A program made the position numbers and the translations under genes. The notes beneath the pieces were generated by a model. The model saw only the letters and a program-made list of their open reading frames with translations, made no database searches and had not been told where the DNA came from. A stretch of 64,000 bases of DNA from an uncultured Gammaproteobacteria bacterium. GTDB taxonomy: Bacteria; Patescibacteriota; Patescibacteriia; Magasanikbacterales; UBA922. The DNA is taken from the NCBI GenBank assembly GCA_964519725.1, contig CAZFKS010000006.1, positions 355-64,354 on the forward strand. Reading direction: 5' to 3'. This document shows positions 47,381-57,462 of this stretch, in pieces. Each line of letters begins with the position of its first letter. The first letter of the stretch is position 1.

Positions 47381-48577
47381 ATGCGAATTTTTTTTGTCAC
47401 CTCTAAACTTAACTTTGAAAAGGCCGGTGGATCAGTGGATGAGATTGACCTAATGGCCAGAACTTTGCACGAATTTGGCCACACGGTCACGGTTTTAACC
47501 GTGTTTGCTCAGTATAATTCCTTGGCCCCGGTTCCTTACACAGTAAAAGAAGAAAGAATTACCGCTGTCGGCCAGTTGGGTATTCAAAGCCAGATTTTTC
47601 AGATTTTAAAAAAGTATCAGTCAGAAACTGATGTTTTTTATGTTGATGGACACACATATTTGTATGGCGCTGGTGCGTACCGGTTAAGTAAAAACAGTGT
47701 TCCAGTCATGGCTTTGTTTAACCGCGAGCTAACAGTTTGGCCTGATGAAAATGTATCAGCGCTGTTTGGTGCCCTCCAAAAAAAGACCGTGTTACAAAAA
47801 GTAAAGAAAAAACTTCGGTGGTTGGTGGAACGTTACCTGGGAATTTGGTTGGCCAATCACTTGGACCACTTCACCTTTACTAATCCTTTTTTGGAATTAG
47901 CCTACTCACGTTTTGGTTTAAAAACCACTGGGCGATCAAGTATTATTGGTGACCCGTATGATTTTAATAAAATCTATCATACCTTAGGTGTGACCCCAGA
48001 TGCTTACGCTAAAAGAAACAAAACCGATGGTGTTATTGAATTATTTTACTCTAGCCGCATGGTAGCGGGGAAAGGTTTTGACCTTTTACTTACCGCCTTT
48101 AAACTGGTTGAAAATAAAAGTAAATTTAAATTAATTTTAGGAGGTACGGGTCCAGAAGAAAACATGGTTAAAAAAATGATCCATGATCTTGAGCTTGAGT
48201 CATACGTGGAACTGCCGGGCTGGGTTACCAAAGAACAATTGTTTGCGACTCTAGCTAGAGTGGACATTTTTGTGCAAGCCCGGTGGCGTTCTGACATGTC
48301 ATCAATGTCATTGACTGAAGCCATGGCGTTTGGTTTGCCAAGTATTGTTCCGGCAGGTGGTGGTATTGCTTGGGTTGGTGGCCAAAGCAGTTTAACTTTT
48401 ACTCCGGATGATCCGATTTCTTTGGCTGAACAAATTACCAAACTTGGGGCTGATTCAAATTTAAGAAAAAAATTGTCCCAAAATTGCTACGAGCGTTTAC
48501 AAGAGTCTGATGTTAATTATCGAAAAACGTTACGTACCGTTGAAACAACCATGGAACGATTAGTGTCTCGCAAATAG
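47381..48577 (+). CDS. Glycosyltransferase family 4
   Basis: SRMVAGKG, GGTGPE, SLTEAMAFGLP. Confidence 0.9.
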   Translation: MRIFFVTSKLNFEKAGGSVDEIDLMARTLHEFGHTVTVLTVFAQYNSLAPVPYTVKEERITAVGQLGIQSQIFQILKKYQSETDVFYVDGHTYLYGAGAYRLSKNSVPVMALFNRELTVWPDENVSALFGALQKKTVLQKVKKKLRWLVERYLGIWLANHLDHFTFTNPFLELAYSRFGLKTTGRSSIIGDPYDFNKIYHTLGVTPDAYAKRNKTDGVIELFYSSRMVAGKGFDLLLTAFKLVENKSKFKLILGGTGPEENMVKKMIHDLELESYVELPGWVTKEQLFATLARVDIFVQARWRSDMSSMSLTEAMAFGLPSIVPAGGGIAWVGGQSSLTFTPDDPISLAEQITKLGADSNLRKKLSQNCYERLQESDVNYRKTLRTVETTMERLVSRK

Positions 48578-48578
48578 T

Positions 48579-49391
48579 ATGTTTTCTGCGCTCACAAAGA
48601 AAATTCAGGTTCTGAAAAATCTTAATTGGTCATGGGCGTGGCGGTATTACCGCAAGCATTTTAAAATTCATTTTTTTTATTTTTTAGCCAAGATTCAGGG
48701 TAAAAAATATTTAACCGTAACTGTATCTGGCACGCCAGTGAAATTAGGCTTTAAGCAGCCATACCATCATTTGTATGCGCGCGCCCTAGCTAAACATGAA
48801 CATGAGTACACTCTGCTGTGTCAATTTAAGCACGCAGCGGCAGCGGTTGGCGCAGGGGATTACATTGTTGATTTTGGTGGGTATAATGGCATGTATGGCT
48901 TGCTTGCGGCTGCGGTTAACCCCCAAGCTACGGTAATTATTGTTGAAGCTGACCCAACCAATGTTGAGGAAATTAAAGCTAATATCGAGCTCAATCAATA
49001 CCAAAATGTTTCAGTTAGTCCAGTGGCCATTGCTGGTGAAAGTGGCACACTTAAATTTCGTTTGCACCAGAGTGGCACAGCGGGTAAATGCGATGAGAAC
49101 GGTGAATACGCGGTGACAGCAGTGACTTTGGCTGAAGTTTTAAAGGGCTCTACTCCAGTCACCGCTTTACTTAAATTTGATGTGCTTGGTGCTGAGTACG
49201 ATGCTTTGTTAAAGGCCAAAACTATTTTGGAAAAAATTCCTCAGCTACGAATTTTACTTGAGTTTTATCCAGTTTTACCTGAAGCTGAAACCAAATTTTG
49301 GGAATATTGTCAGGCCTTAGGATTACAATCAATTTACCTGTATCCACGCAGTGATGGTGGTTCAACTTTTTATTGGTTAACAAAAGGTTAA
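48579..49391 (+). CDS. FkbM-family methyltransferase
   Basis: VDFGGYNGMY, VEADP, LKFDVLGAE. Confidence 0.8.
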   Translation: MFSALTKKIQVLKNLNWSWAWRYYRKHFKIHFFYFLAKIQGKKYLTVTVSGTPVKLGFKQPYHHLYARALAKHEHEYTLLCQFKHAAAAVGAGDYIVDFGGYNGMYGLLAAAVNPQATVIIVEADPTNVEEIKANIELNQYQNVSVSPVAIAGESGTLKFRLHQSGTAGKCDENGEYAVTAVTLAEVLKGSTPVTALLKFDVLGAEYDALLKAKTILEKIPQLRILLEFYPVLPEAETKFWEYCQALGLQSIYLYPRSDGGSTFYWLTKG

Positions 49392-49392
49392 T

Positions 49393-50913
49393 ATGAAAGC
49401 GTGTCTATATTTACAACGTCGATTTGCTTACATTGGTCATGAGCTAGCCAAAACTTTAAAAGCTGATTTTGGTGTGAGTGAATTTTGTGGTTATGTGGAA
49501 CAGCGCTCCTCACTAAAATTTTTACAAGAACAAAAGGATATTAATTACAGTACCCTTCTTCTTGATGAAGATATTGTGGGGGCTTATGCTAATGAACCAT
49601 TAAATTTGGCTTACTTAGCTGAGCTGGAAAAAAAATACGGTAAGCCGAGTCTGTGGCCTTATTTGGCTGAAGATCGGGTGATTCGTTATTCACTGTTAGT
49701 GCGGGCCTACCCCTCTGATTCTTCACGCTATTCGCACGAAGAAATGCTTAGAATGCTCCAGACCACAGCTCGGGCAATTGAAGACATGCTCGAAAAAGAA
49801 AAACCAGATTTTATTTTCATGTCAGTAATCAGTGGGCTAGGTAGTTATCTACTCTATACCATTGCTAAGGCTAAAGGGATTAAAACCTACAGTTTGTTTA
49901 ATCCGCGGATTGAAGAACGCTACGCGATTACTGATAATCCTTTTTCTGATCCCACTTTGCGTGATTCAATAATGAAAATGGGTGAACATCGGCCCGAAGA
50001 TAAAGTGTTTATTTCTAGAGCCGAAGAATTTATTGCTGAATTTAGAAAAAAACCAACCTATTATTTAGAAAAATCAAAAGCCGCGGCCCATTATCAGAAA
50101 AAAAATAATCGCGCTTCATATTTTTCTTTTTTAGCACTCGCAAATCTCAATCGAACTGTGAGTTGGTTTTTCAAATCTTTTTACGATTTTTATAACAGCC
50201 CAGCCAAAAATGATTACTCAACCATTAACCCTTGGTACGAAACCTGGGATAAGGCCAAACGCAAAGCCCGGATTTTGCGGGGTTATAATGATTTGTTTGA
50301 TCAAATTAAGCCAGATGAGGATTATGCGTTTTTTCCGCTCCAAAGCGAACCAGAGGGTTTGCCAATGCTCTTGGCCCCTAACTACGCTACTGATCAGATT
50401 TGGGTGGTAAAACAAGTAGCCCGCTCTTTGCCAGTACACTTTAAATTGTATGTTAAGGAGCATCCGGTCATGATTGGAAAAAGACCACGTTCTTATTATG
50501 AGGCATTAAAAAAGATTCCTAATGTGCGGCTGCTAAATCCAGGTTTGTCGGCCTTAGCTTTAATTGATAAAGCAAAACTTATTTTTACCATTAGTAGCAC
50601 TACTGGAATGGAAGCAGTTTTGCTCGGCAAACCAATCATTACCTTGTCTGATGTGTTTTACGCGGTGATTCCTGGCGTGGGGCGGTGCCGGTCAGTTGAA
50701 GAACTGCCTGAGCTAGTCAAAGAAAAATTAACTAATTTTAAAAGTAATGAAACTGACATAGTAAATACCGTCGCTTTTTTCTTGAAAGAAAGTGTGCCAG
50801 TAGATTTAACCCAGCTCTGGGATGTTGAAGGTGGAAGCACAATTCAGAATCAGCGCCAAACTTTGTACCCACTGGCTGAATTACTCATGAAAAAGGTCAG
50901 TAAGTTGTTATAA
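49393..50913 (+). CDS. Capsule polysaccharide biosynthesis protein (KpsS/Capsule_synth-like ulosonate transferase)
   Basis: FFPLQSEPE, YVKEHP, TISSTTGMEA motifs. Confidence 0.75.
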   Translation: MKACLYLQRRFAYIGHELAKTLKADFGVSEFCGYVEQRSSLKFLQEQKDINYSTLLLDEDIVGAYANEPLNLAYLAELEKKYGKPSLWPYLAEDRVIRYSLLVRAYPSDSSRYSHEEMLRMLQTTARAIEDMLEKEKPDFIFMSVISGLGSYLLYTIAKAKGIKTYSLFNPRIEERYAITDNPFSDPTLRDSIMKMGEHRPEDKVFISRAEEFIAEFRKKPTYYLEKSKAAAHYQKKNNRASYFSFLALANLNRTVSWFFKSFYDFYNSPAKNDYSTINPWYETWDKAKRKARILRGYNDLFDQIKPDEDYAFFPLQSEPEGLPMLLAPNYATDQIWVVKQVARSLPVHFKLYVKEHPVMIGKRPRSYYEALKKIPNVRLLNPGLSALALIDKAKLIFTISSTTGMEAVLLGKPIITLSDVFYAVIPGVGRCRSVEELPELVKEKLTNFKSNETDIVNTVAFFLKESVPVDLTQLWDVEGGSTIQNQRQTLYPLAELLMKKVSKLL

Positions 50914-50915
50914 AT

Positions 50916-53171
50916 ATGTCTAAACCAGTCAAAATTATTGCTACACTTGGTCCGGCTACAAAAACTGAAGCAGCCGTTCGTTTACTCAAAGATCGGGGTG
51001 TGGATTTAGTGCGCGTAAACATGTCGCACTCAAATTTGACTGACCTTAGGTATTTTATTGATTTAGCTAAAAAGGTTGGGATTCCGTTTGTGCTTGATAC
51101 TGAAGGCTCACAAATTCGAACTGGGGCTTTAACTGAAAAAATGATTTATGTTGAAGAGGGGGCTGAGATAGCTCTGTACGCTGACGCAATTATTGGGGAT
51201 AGTACCAAGCTAACCTTAACCCCACACACGGTTGTTAGTGAACTAGAAGCAGGAGATATTTTGCGCGTGGATTTTGACACTTTGATTTTGCGCGTCAATG
51301 ACACCAGTACGGTTAAACAAGGATTTATCAAAGCCACGGCTGTATCAGCCGGTTACGTGGGCAATAATAAAGGCGTGGTGGTGGATACGGGCACGCCGCG
51401 CAACTTTACCCTGCCTGGTTTAACCGCCAAAGATCGAGAAGCGATTGCCATTGGCTTGGCCGAAGGCGTGGGTTACATTGCGGCTTCATTTATGCGCTCA
51501 GCGGCTTATGTAGATGAAGTACGGGAAGTCACTAAAGGAACCATGAAAATTATTTCTAAAATTGAGTGTGTTGATGGTCTAGAAAATTTAGACGAAATTA
51601 TTGAGGCCACTGATTTTTTACTAATTGATCGGGGTGATTTAAGTAAGGAAATTCCTTTGGAAAAAATTCCTTTGACCCAAAAAATTATTTTGCACCGGGC
51701 ACGCCAAAAAAATAAAGGTGTGTTTGTGGCGACTAATTTGCTAGAAACCATGGTGGAAAAAAAGAAACCAACGCGCGCTGAAATTCACGATGTGGTAAAT
51801 ACAATTATGGATGGTGCTTATGGTTTGGCCCTGTCAGCTGAAACAGCAATTGGTAAATATCCAGTTGAATGCGCTACGATGCTTAATCGTTTGATCTTGC
51901 ACATTGATAAAACTGTGGCTGTAAAAGATTTTGTATCAGAAGAAGACAAACTGGTGGCCAAAATGGAGTCAGATAATTATTTGTTAAATATTGAATCAGC
52001 CTCTACTTTAATTGAGCCACACGGCGGCAAATTAGTTGACCGCATGCTAAAGAAAAAACCTGAGACAGCCTGGCTTAAAACCTTACCAAAAATTGCCCTG
52101 GATGATAATGCGGAAATGGATGTGGAGCAAATTGCGATCGGCACTTTTAGTCCGCTAACTGGTTTCATGGGTGAAAAAGAAGTGCAGAGTGTGCTTGATA
52201 CCATGCGTTTACCAAATGGTTTGATTTGGCCACTGCCAATTGTCCTGGATGTAAATGAAGAAACCGCTAAAAAATTAGAAGTCGGTAAACAGGCGGTGCT
52301 CCAAAGTGTTCAGGGAACAGCCTTGGCTCTTATTACCGTGAGTGAATTATATTCGATTGATAAAAAAGAATTTGCCGAAAAATTATACGGTACCTTAGAT
52401 GAGACTCACCCTGGGGTGGCGCGGGTGATGAAAATGAACCCAGTCTTAGTGGCTGGGGCGATTGATTTGTTTGAGCGCCGTCCATCTGAAACCAGGGCCT
52501 ATGAATTAACCCCACGGCAAGTGCGTCGTTTGTTTGATGAGCGCGGCTGGACCAAAGTAGTTGGTTTTCATACCCGCAATGTTATTCACCGTAGTCATGA
52601 ATTTATTCAATTAAAAGCCATGGAACAGGAATTGTGTGATGGCCTGTTTGTACACCCAGTAATTGGAAAGAAAAAACCTCGTGATTTTAATGCTCCTTAC
52701 ATTATCAAGAGCTATGAAATGATGATGAAGGATTTTTATCCTCGCAATAAAGTGGTGTTTGCTACTTACGCTACTTTTTCTCGTTACGCTGGTCCGCGTG
52801 AAGCACTGTTTACTGCTCTCTGCCGGCAAAACTTTGGCTGTAGTCACTTTATTGTTGGACGCGATCACACGGGAGTTGGGAAATTTTACGCACCAACGGC
52901 GTCACATGATATTTTTGATCAATTTCCTGATTTGAAAATTAAACCCGTGCGTTTTGAACAAGTTTTTTACTCTGCTAAAAAGAATGACCACGTGCACGAG
53001 GCGGAAGATACTGAACATGCTCAAGACGAGAAACTTCACATTAGTGGGACTGAAGCGCGCAAAATGTTAGAAAAAGGCCAGCTTCCACCCAACTGGTTTA
53101 TGCGTCCAGAAATTTCAGAGATGATTCTAAAGGCGCTGGCTAATGGCGAAGAAGTTTTTGTTAAAGAATAA
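50916..53171 (+). CDS. sat: Fusion of pyruvate kinase-like barrel (about aa 1-330) and sulfate adenylyltransferase (Sat)
   Basis: PK motifs IIATLGP, RVNMSH, SKIE, RGDL, PTRAE, LSAETAIGKYP. Sat motifs PHGGKL, FSPLTGFM, HTRNVIHRSHE, YAGPREA, HFIVGRDH, ISGT, MRPEI. Confidence 0.9.
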   Translation: MSKPVKIIATLGPATKTEAAVRLLKDRGVDLVRVNMSHSNLTDLRYFIDLAKKVGIPFVLDTEGSQIRTGALTEKMIYVEEGAEIALYADAIIGDSTKLTLTPHTVVSELEAGDILRVDFDTLILRVNDTSTVKQGFIKATAVSAGYVGNNKGVVVDTGTPRNFTLPGLTAKDREAIAIGLAEGVGYIAASFMRSAAYVDEVREVTKGTMKIISKIECVDGLENLDEIIEATDFLLIDRGDLSKEIPLEKIPLTQKIILHRARQKNKGVFVATNLLETMVEKKKPTRAEIHDVVNTIMDGAYGLALSAETAIGKYPVECATMLNRLILHIDKTVAVKDFVSEEDKLVAKMESDNYLLNIESASTLIEPHGGKLVDRMLKKKPETAWLKTLPKIALDDNAEMDVEQIAIGTFSPLTGFMGEKEVQSVLDTMRLPNGLIWPLPIVLDVNEETAKKLEVGKQAVLQSVQGTALALITVSELYSIDKKEFAEKLYGTLDETHPGVARVMKMNPVLVAGAIDLFERRPSETRAYELTPRQVRRLFDERGWTKVVGFHTRNVIHRSHEFIQLKAMEQELCDGLFVHPVIGKKKPRDFNAPYIIKSYEMMMKDFYPRNKVVFATYATFSRYAGPREALFTALCRQNFGCSHFIVGRDHTGVGKFYAPTASHDIFDQFPDLKIKPVRFEQVFYSAKKNDHVHEAEDTEHAQDEKLHISGTEARKMLEKGQLPPNWFMRPEISEMILKALANGEEVFVKE

Positions 53172-53173
53172 TT

Positions 53174-54430
53174 ATGACAAGCCTTAATGCTTTAGAATTG
53201 TCGCGTTTCATCTTTGCTCTTGTCGCTCTGGTAGCTGGTGCACATTGTTTGGGGTGGGTTTTTCAAAAGTGTAAAATGCCCAAGGTAATTGGGGAGATTA
53301 GTGCCGGTTTATTGCTTGGCCCAACAGTTTTAGGTTGGCTTTACCCGGTTGGATATAGTTATTTATTTACCAGTTTTCCAGAATCAAGCAAATTATTATC
53401 ACTCATGTCATCATTTGGCTTGATTTTTCTCATGTTTATTTCTGGATTTGAATCCAAAGAAAAAATTGCTAAACCAGATCAAAAAATTGTTGTTAACTTG
53501 CTTTTGGGAGCCACAATCATTCCACTCTTAGGTGGTTGGTTTATTCCTAAAATATTCGATATCAAGCCATTTTTAGGTACAGCCAATAATCTCCCGGCAC
53601 TCACTGCAATTTTGGCTTTGGCAGTAGCTGTCACTTCAATTCCAGTGATTGCAAAAATTTTTCTTGACCTCGGTCTGATCCAAACTAGGTTTGCCCGTCT
53701 TGTTTTGGCCGTAGCCACGCTTGAAGATATTATTTTGTGGGGAATTCTGGCGGTAGTGAGTGGTGTAATTGTCAAAGGTGATACGTCGGTTACAAGTATC
53801 TTGGTTAGTGTGGCTATTACCATGGCATTTTTTGTGGTTGCGCTTTTGGTAGTACCGCGAGTCATAAAACCAATCAGTAATAATCGGTTTAACATATTAA
53901 TAAAAGCATCGCCAGTTTCATATATTTTAATTATTTGTTTAATTTTTTCTTTTTTAGCTAGTGTACTCAATGTAAATTTAATTTTTGGTGCTTTATTGGC
54001 GGGCATTATCGTCGCTCGCATGAATGATGAGCGTTTTGAAAAAGTAAAAAATACGATCAAAGATTTTTCCGTTGCCCTCTTTATTCCGGTCTATTTTGCT
54101 GTGGTTGGTTTAAAATTAGATTTAGTACATGCGTTCGATGTCTCTGCCTTTATTACGTTTCTATTGTTTGCCATAGTACTAAAAACTGCAGGTACTTTAA
54201 TTGCCGCCAAGGGTTTGAGAATGAACTGGACCTCAAGCGTAAATTTTGCGGTGGCTTTGAATGCACGCGGTGGCCCTGGTATTGTCTTGGCAACAGTGGC
54301 GTATGACCTTGGAATTATTAACCAAAGTTTGTTTGTAATTTTGGTTATGACCGCGATTGTTACTTCACTTTTGGCGGGTATTTGGTTTAGAAGGGAACGT
54401 GAAAGTGGCCGTGAATTATTACCAGAATAA
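53174..54430 (+). CDS. Cation:proton antiporter (CPA2/KefB-like)
   Basis: PKVIGEISAGLLLGPTVLG, AVTSIPVIAKI, FIPVYFAVVG, NARG. Confidence 0.88.
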   Translation: MTSLNALELSRFIFALVALVAGAHCLGWVFQKCKMPKVIGEISAGLLLGPTVLGWLYPVGYSYLFTSFPESSKLLSLMSSFGLIFLMFISGFESKEKIAKPDQKIVVNLLLGATIIPLLGGWFIPKIFDIKPFLGTANNLPALTAILALAVAVTSIPVIAKIFLDLGLIQTRFARLVLAVATLEDIILWGILAVVSGVIVKGDTSVTSILVSVAITMAFFVVALLVVPRVIKPISNNRFNILIKASPVSYILIICLIFSFLASVLNVNLIFGALLAGIIVARMNDERFEKVKNTIKDFSVALFIPVYFAVVGLKLDLVHAFDVSAFITFLLFAIVLKTAGTLIAAKGLRMNWTSSVNFAVALNARGGPGIVLATVAYDLGIINQSLFVILVMTAIVTSLLAGIWFRRERESGRELLPE

Positions 54431-54431
54431 T

Positions 54432-54959
54432 ATGAGTACAATTCTTTGGTTTACTGGTTTAAGCGGGAGTGGCAAGACCACCTTGGCTTTTTTGCTCAAA
54501 GAAAAATTAGAACAAGGTGGCAAAACAGTCACTATTGTGGATGGTGACACGGTGCGTGATAAATATGAACAGAAATTAGGTTTTACCAGAGCTGATATTA
54601 TTCAAAATAATGACCGCATCACCACGTACATAACTGAAATTAAAAACCAGTTTGATTTTATTTTAGTGCCAGTGATTGCGCCGTTTAGTGAAGTACGTGC
54701 GGCCAATAAAACCAAATTGGGGGCAGATTATTTAGAAATTTATGTGTCATGCCCAGTGGCGGTGTGTGCGGAGCGTGATGTAAAAGGTCTGTATGCCAAA
54801 GCTGAACGTGGTGAAATTGAAGCCATGATTGGGATTGATCCGCAAAAACCATACGAAGTTCCAACTAACCCCGATCTGATCATTGATACAGTTAATCAGA
54901 GTCAGTCAGAAAACATTGAAGCTTTGCTAGAATGGTTAAAGGGTCTGCAGAAAATATGA
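54432..54959 (+). CDS. cysC: Adenylyl-sulfate kinase
   Basis: ATG 54432; WFTGLSGSGKTT, DGDTVR, RDVKGLY, YEVP. Confidence 0.95.
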   Translation: MSTILWFTGLSGSGKTTLAFLLKEKLEQGGKTVTIVDGDTVRDKYEQKLGFTRADIIQNNDRITTYITEIKNQFDFILVPVIAPFSEVRAANKTKLGADYLEIYVSCPVAVCAERDVKGLYAKAERGEIEAMIGIDPQKPYEVPTNPDLIIDTVNQSQSENIEALLEWLKGLQKI

Positions 54960-55753
54960 CCCCATCATTTTCGTCAGATTTGGTTTTGGCTATTCAGGCG
55001 GCTGAGGCGGCTGGTAAAGCCGTAACGCAAATTTATCAAACTGATTATTCATTCCAAATCAAGTCAGACAATTCGCCAGTAACAGAGGCTGATTTGGTGA
55101 GTGATCAAATCATTAGTACAACTTTAGCAAAAACTAATTACCCAATTAGTTCTGAGGAAAATGAACATCTGACCGATTGTAGTGTGGGTAAGGCCTGGAT
55201 CGTTGATCCACTTGATGGGACGAAAGATTTTATTGCAAAAACTGGCGAATTTACAATTTTAATTGGTTTAATTGAAAATGGACAAGCTGTGGCCGGGGTA
55301 ATTTACCAGCCAACCACTAATTTGATTTGGGTGGCGGAAAAAGGCAAGGGCGCTTATAAGCGGGTGCAAAATAATTGGGAAAAAATTTGGGTAAGAGAAC
55401 AGACTGAACTTAGCACAGCGCAGGTCACCATGAGTCGACACCATTTAGGAGAACTAGAAAAAAATATTTTGCAGACTTTGGGTTTAAGCTACACCTCAAA
55501 AGGTAGCTGCGGTTATAAAATGGCCCAAATTGCTTCGGGGAAGTTTGATCTTTACTTTGCGTTTGGGCCCAAACAGTGGGACATATGCGCTGGTGACATT
55601 ATTTTGGCTGAGGCCGGGGGTAGTTTAACCCAGGTCACGGGCGAACCCATTCAGTACGGTGGTTTGGACAGGAAAATTCCTAATGGTATAATCGCTGCCA
55701 GTGGTGTACACCGCCAATTTATTGATTTTTACAAACAGTATGGCAAAAACTAA
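54956..55753 (+). CDS. cysQ: 3'(2'),5'-bisphosphate nucleotidase
   Basis: KSDNSPVTEAD, SEE, WIVDPLDGTKDF, WDICAG. Confidence 0.9.
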   Translation: MTPSFSSDLVLAIQAAEAAGKAVTQIYQTDYSFQIKSDNSPVTEADLVSDQIISTTLAKTNYPISSEENEHLTDCSVGKAWIVDPLDGTKDFIAKTGEFTILIGLIENGQAVAGVIYQPTTNLIWVAEKGKGAYKRVQNNWEKIWVREQTELSTAQVTMSRHHLGELEKNILQTLGLSYTSKGSCGYKMAQIASGKFDLYFAFGPKQWDICAGDIILAEAGGSLTQVTGEPIQYGGLDRKIPNGIIAASGVHRQFIDFYKQYGKN

Positions 55754-56702
55754 AGCCGTGGTTGGGGAGCGCAAACCATTTGTTAAAAAGCTGCTTTTGG
55801 TAGAAGGTATTTCTCGGTCTGGAAAATTTCTCATGGCTGATCTTTTGGGTGGCTTAGAAGGTATTGAGGCCGTCCAGTATTATGGACTTTTAGAACACAT
55901 TCCATTTTTGGAAAAGTTTGGGTTAATGGACCGTAAAACTGCTAGTGAAATTTTAAAGTGTGAAATTGATACGCATGCTTATGAAATGGCGATTGGGCGT
56001 AATTTTAATCACCGGAAAACGGACAAATCATCAATTCATAAAAATCCGCACGCGGCTAAATTTCTCAAACGCCCAGAACAAAGTGATCTAGAAAAATTAC
56101 TGGCTGAATATCGCAAGCAGGATCCATATAGTTTTTTTGTCATGCACGAGCTTATTCCGAACGCGAAAATATTTTTTGAAACTTTTCCAAATTTAAAAAT
56201 TGTTAGTTTGCAGCGCAGCCCAGTGGAATTAGTAGATTCGTGGTATCGTCGCGGGTTGGCAAAACGCCTGGGTGATGATCCAACGTTATTTATTATTCCT
56301 TTTAAAAAAGGCAAAGCTAAGTTTCCGTGGTATGCGGTGGGCCAGGAAAAAGAATACAGCCAACTAACTGATATGGATCGGACAATTTTTGCCATTGAGC
56401 GAATTGTAAGTCTGTATGCAGAAGGTTTGAAGAAATTAAATAAAAAAGAGCAGGCCCAAATTTTGTTTGTACGGTACGAAGATATCATGACTGATACTAA
56501 AGTGGTAGTAAAAAAGATTAGTAACTTTTTGGGTAAAAAACCCGTGAAACAACTGGCGGCGGTGCTTAAGCGAGAGCGGTTACCAAACCTTGCTTACCGT
56601 GGCACACGTGAGCAAAAATTGCAAAGCATTAAAAAATTGGCCAGCCCAAGTTATTTCAAGCGTTTGCAAAAATTAGAGGCCAAATATTTGATTAGCCAGT
56701 AA
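55740..56702 (+). CDS. Sulfotransferase-family protein
   Basis: ATG 55740; GISRSGK (5'-PSB-like), QRSPVELVDSW (3'-PB-like), VRYEDI; follows cysC/cysQ. Confidence 0.75.
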   Translation: MAKTKAVVGERKPFVKKLLLVEGISRSGKFLMADLLGGLEGIEAVQYYGLLEHIPFLEKFGLMDRKTASEILKCEIDTHAYEMAIGRNFNHRKTDKSSIHKNPHAAKFLKRPEQSDLEKLLAEYRKQDPYSFFVMHELIPNAKIFFETFPNLKIVSLQRSPVELVDSWYRRGLAKRLGDDPTLFIIPFKKGKAKFPWYAVGQEKEYSQLTDMDRTIFAIERIVSLYAEGLKKLNKKEQAQILFVRYEDIMTDTKVVVKKISNFLGKKPVKQLAAVLKRERLPNLAYRGTREQKLQSIKKLASPSYFKRLQKLEAKYLISQ

Positions 56703-56703
56703 C

Positions 56704-57462
56704 ATGAAAAATATTCGTCTGATTCCCCGCCTTGATATTAAAGGCGAAAATGTTGTGAAGCCGGTTCAAACTGAAGCTTTGCGAGTGGTTGGTGATCCAA
56801 CGGTTTTGGCCAAGCGCTACTACGAAGAGGGAGCGGACGAGTTGTTGTACTTAGATATTGTGGCTAGTTTATACCAACGAAACATTGATTTTGACTTATT
56901 AAAAAAAGTGACTGAGGGAATTTTCATTCCAGTTACGGTTGGTGGTGGAATTCGAACGATTCAAGATATTAATAATGCGCTCAGAGCTGGGGCTGATAAA
57001 GTGGCCATCAACACTCATGTTATTCATCATCCCGAATTTATTACTGAGGCAGTTCAGGAATTTGGAGCACAGTGTATTACTGTATATATTGAGGCTAAAC
57101 GAAGACCAAATGGTAGTTACGAGGCTTATACAGATGGTGGTCGAGAGCGGAGCGGAGTTGAAGTCATTAGCTGGGCTAAGCGGGCGGTCGAATTAGGTGC
57201 GGGTGAAATTTTAATTACTTCAATTGATGCTGATGGAACAAAAAATGGTTTTGATTTGGAATTAATTAAACAAATCACAGCGTGGGCCACAGTGCCAGTG
57301 ATTGCTCATGGTGGAGCCTGTGATCCAGCTTCAATTGCTAGGGTGATTATCGAGGGTCAAGCTGACGCAGTCGCCGCGTCAACTATTTTTCACTTTGAAG
57401 AGTATTCAATTCCGACTGTAAAAAAATATTTACAGGCAGAAAAAATTCCAGTCCGCCTATGA
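56704..57462 (+). CDS. HisF-like cyclase subunit (glycan-cluster paralogue, WbuZ-like)
   Basis: IPRLDIK, GADEL, VGGGIR, GAGEILITSIDADGT; adjacent to the N-acetyl sugar amidotransferase. Confidence 0.9.
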   Translation: MKNIRLIPRLDIKGENVVKPVQTEALRVVGDPTVLAKRYYEEGADELLYLDIVASLYQRNIDFDLLKKVTEGIFIPVTVGGGIRTIQDINNALRAGADKVAINTHVIHHPEFITEAVQEFGAQCITVYIEAKRRPNGSYEAYTDGGRERSGVEVISWAKRAVELGAGEILITSIDADGTKNGFDLELIKQITAWATVPVIAHGGACDPASIARVIIEGQADAVAASTIFHFEEYSIPTVKKYLQAEKIPVRL

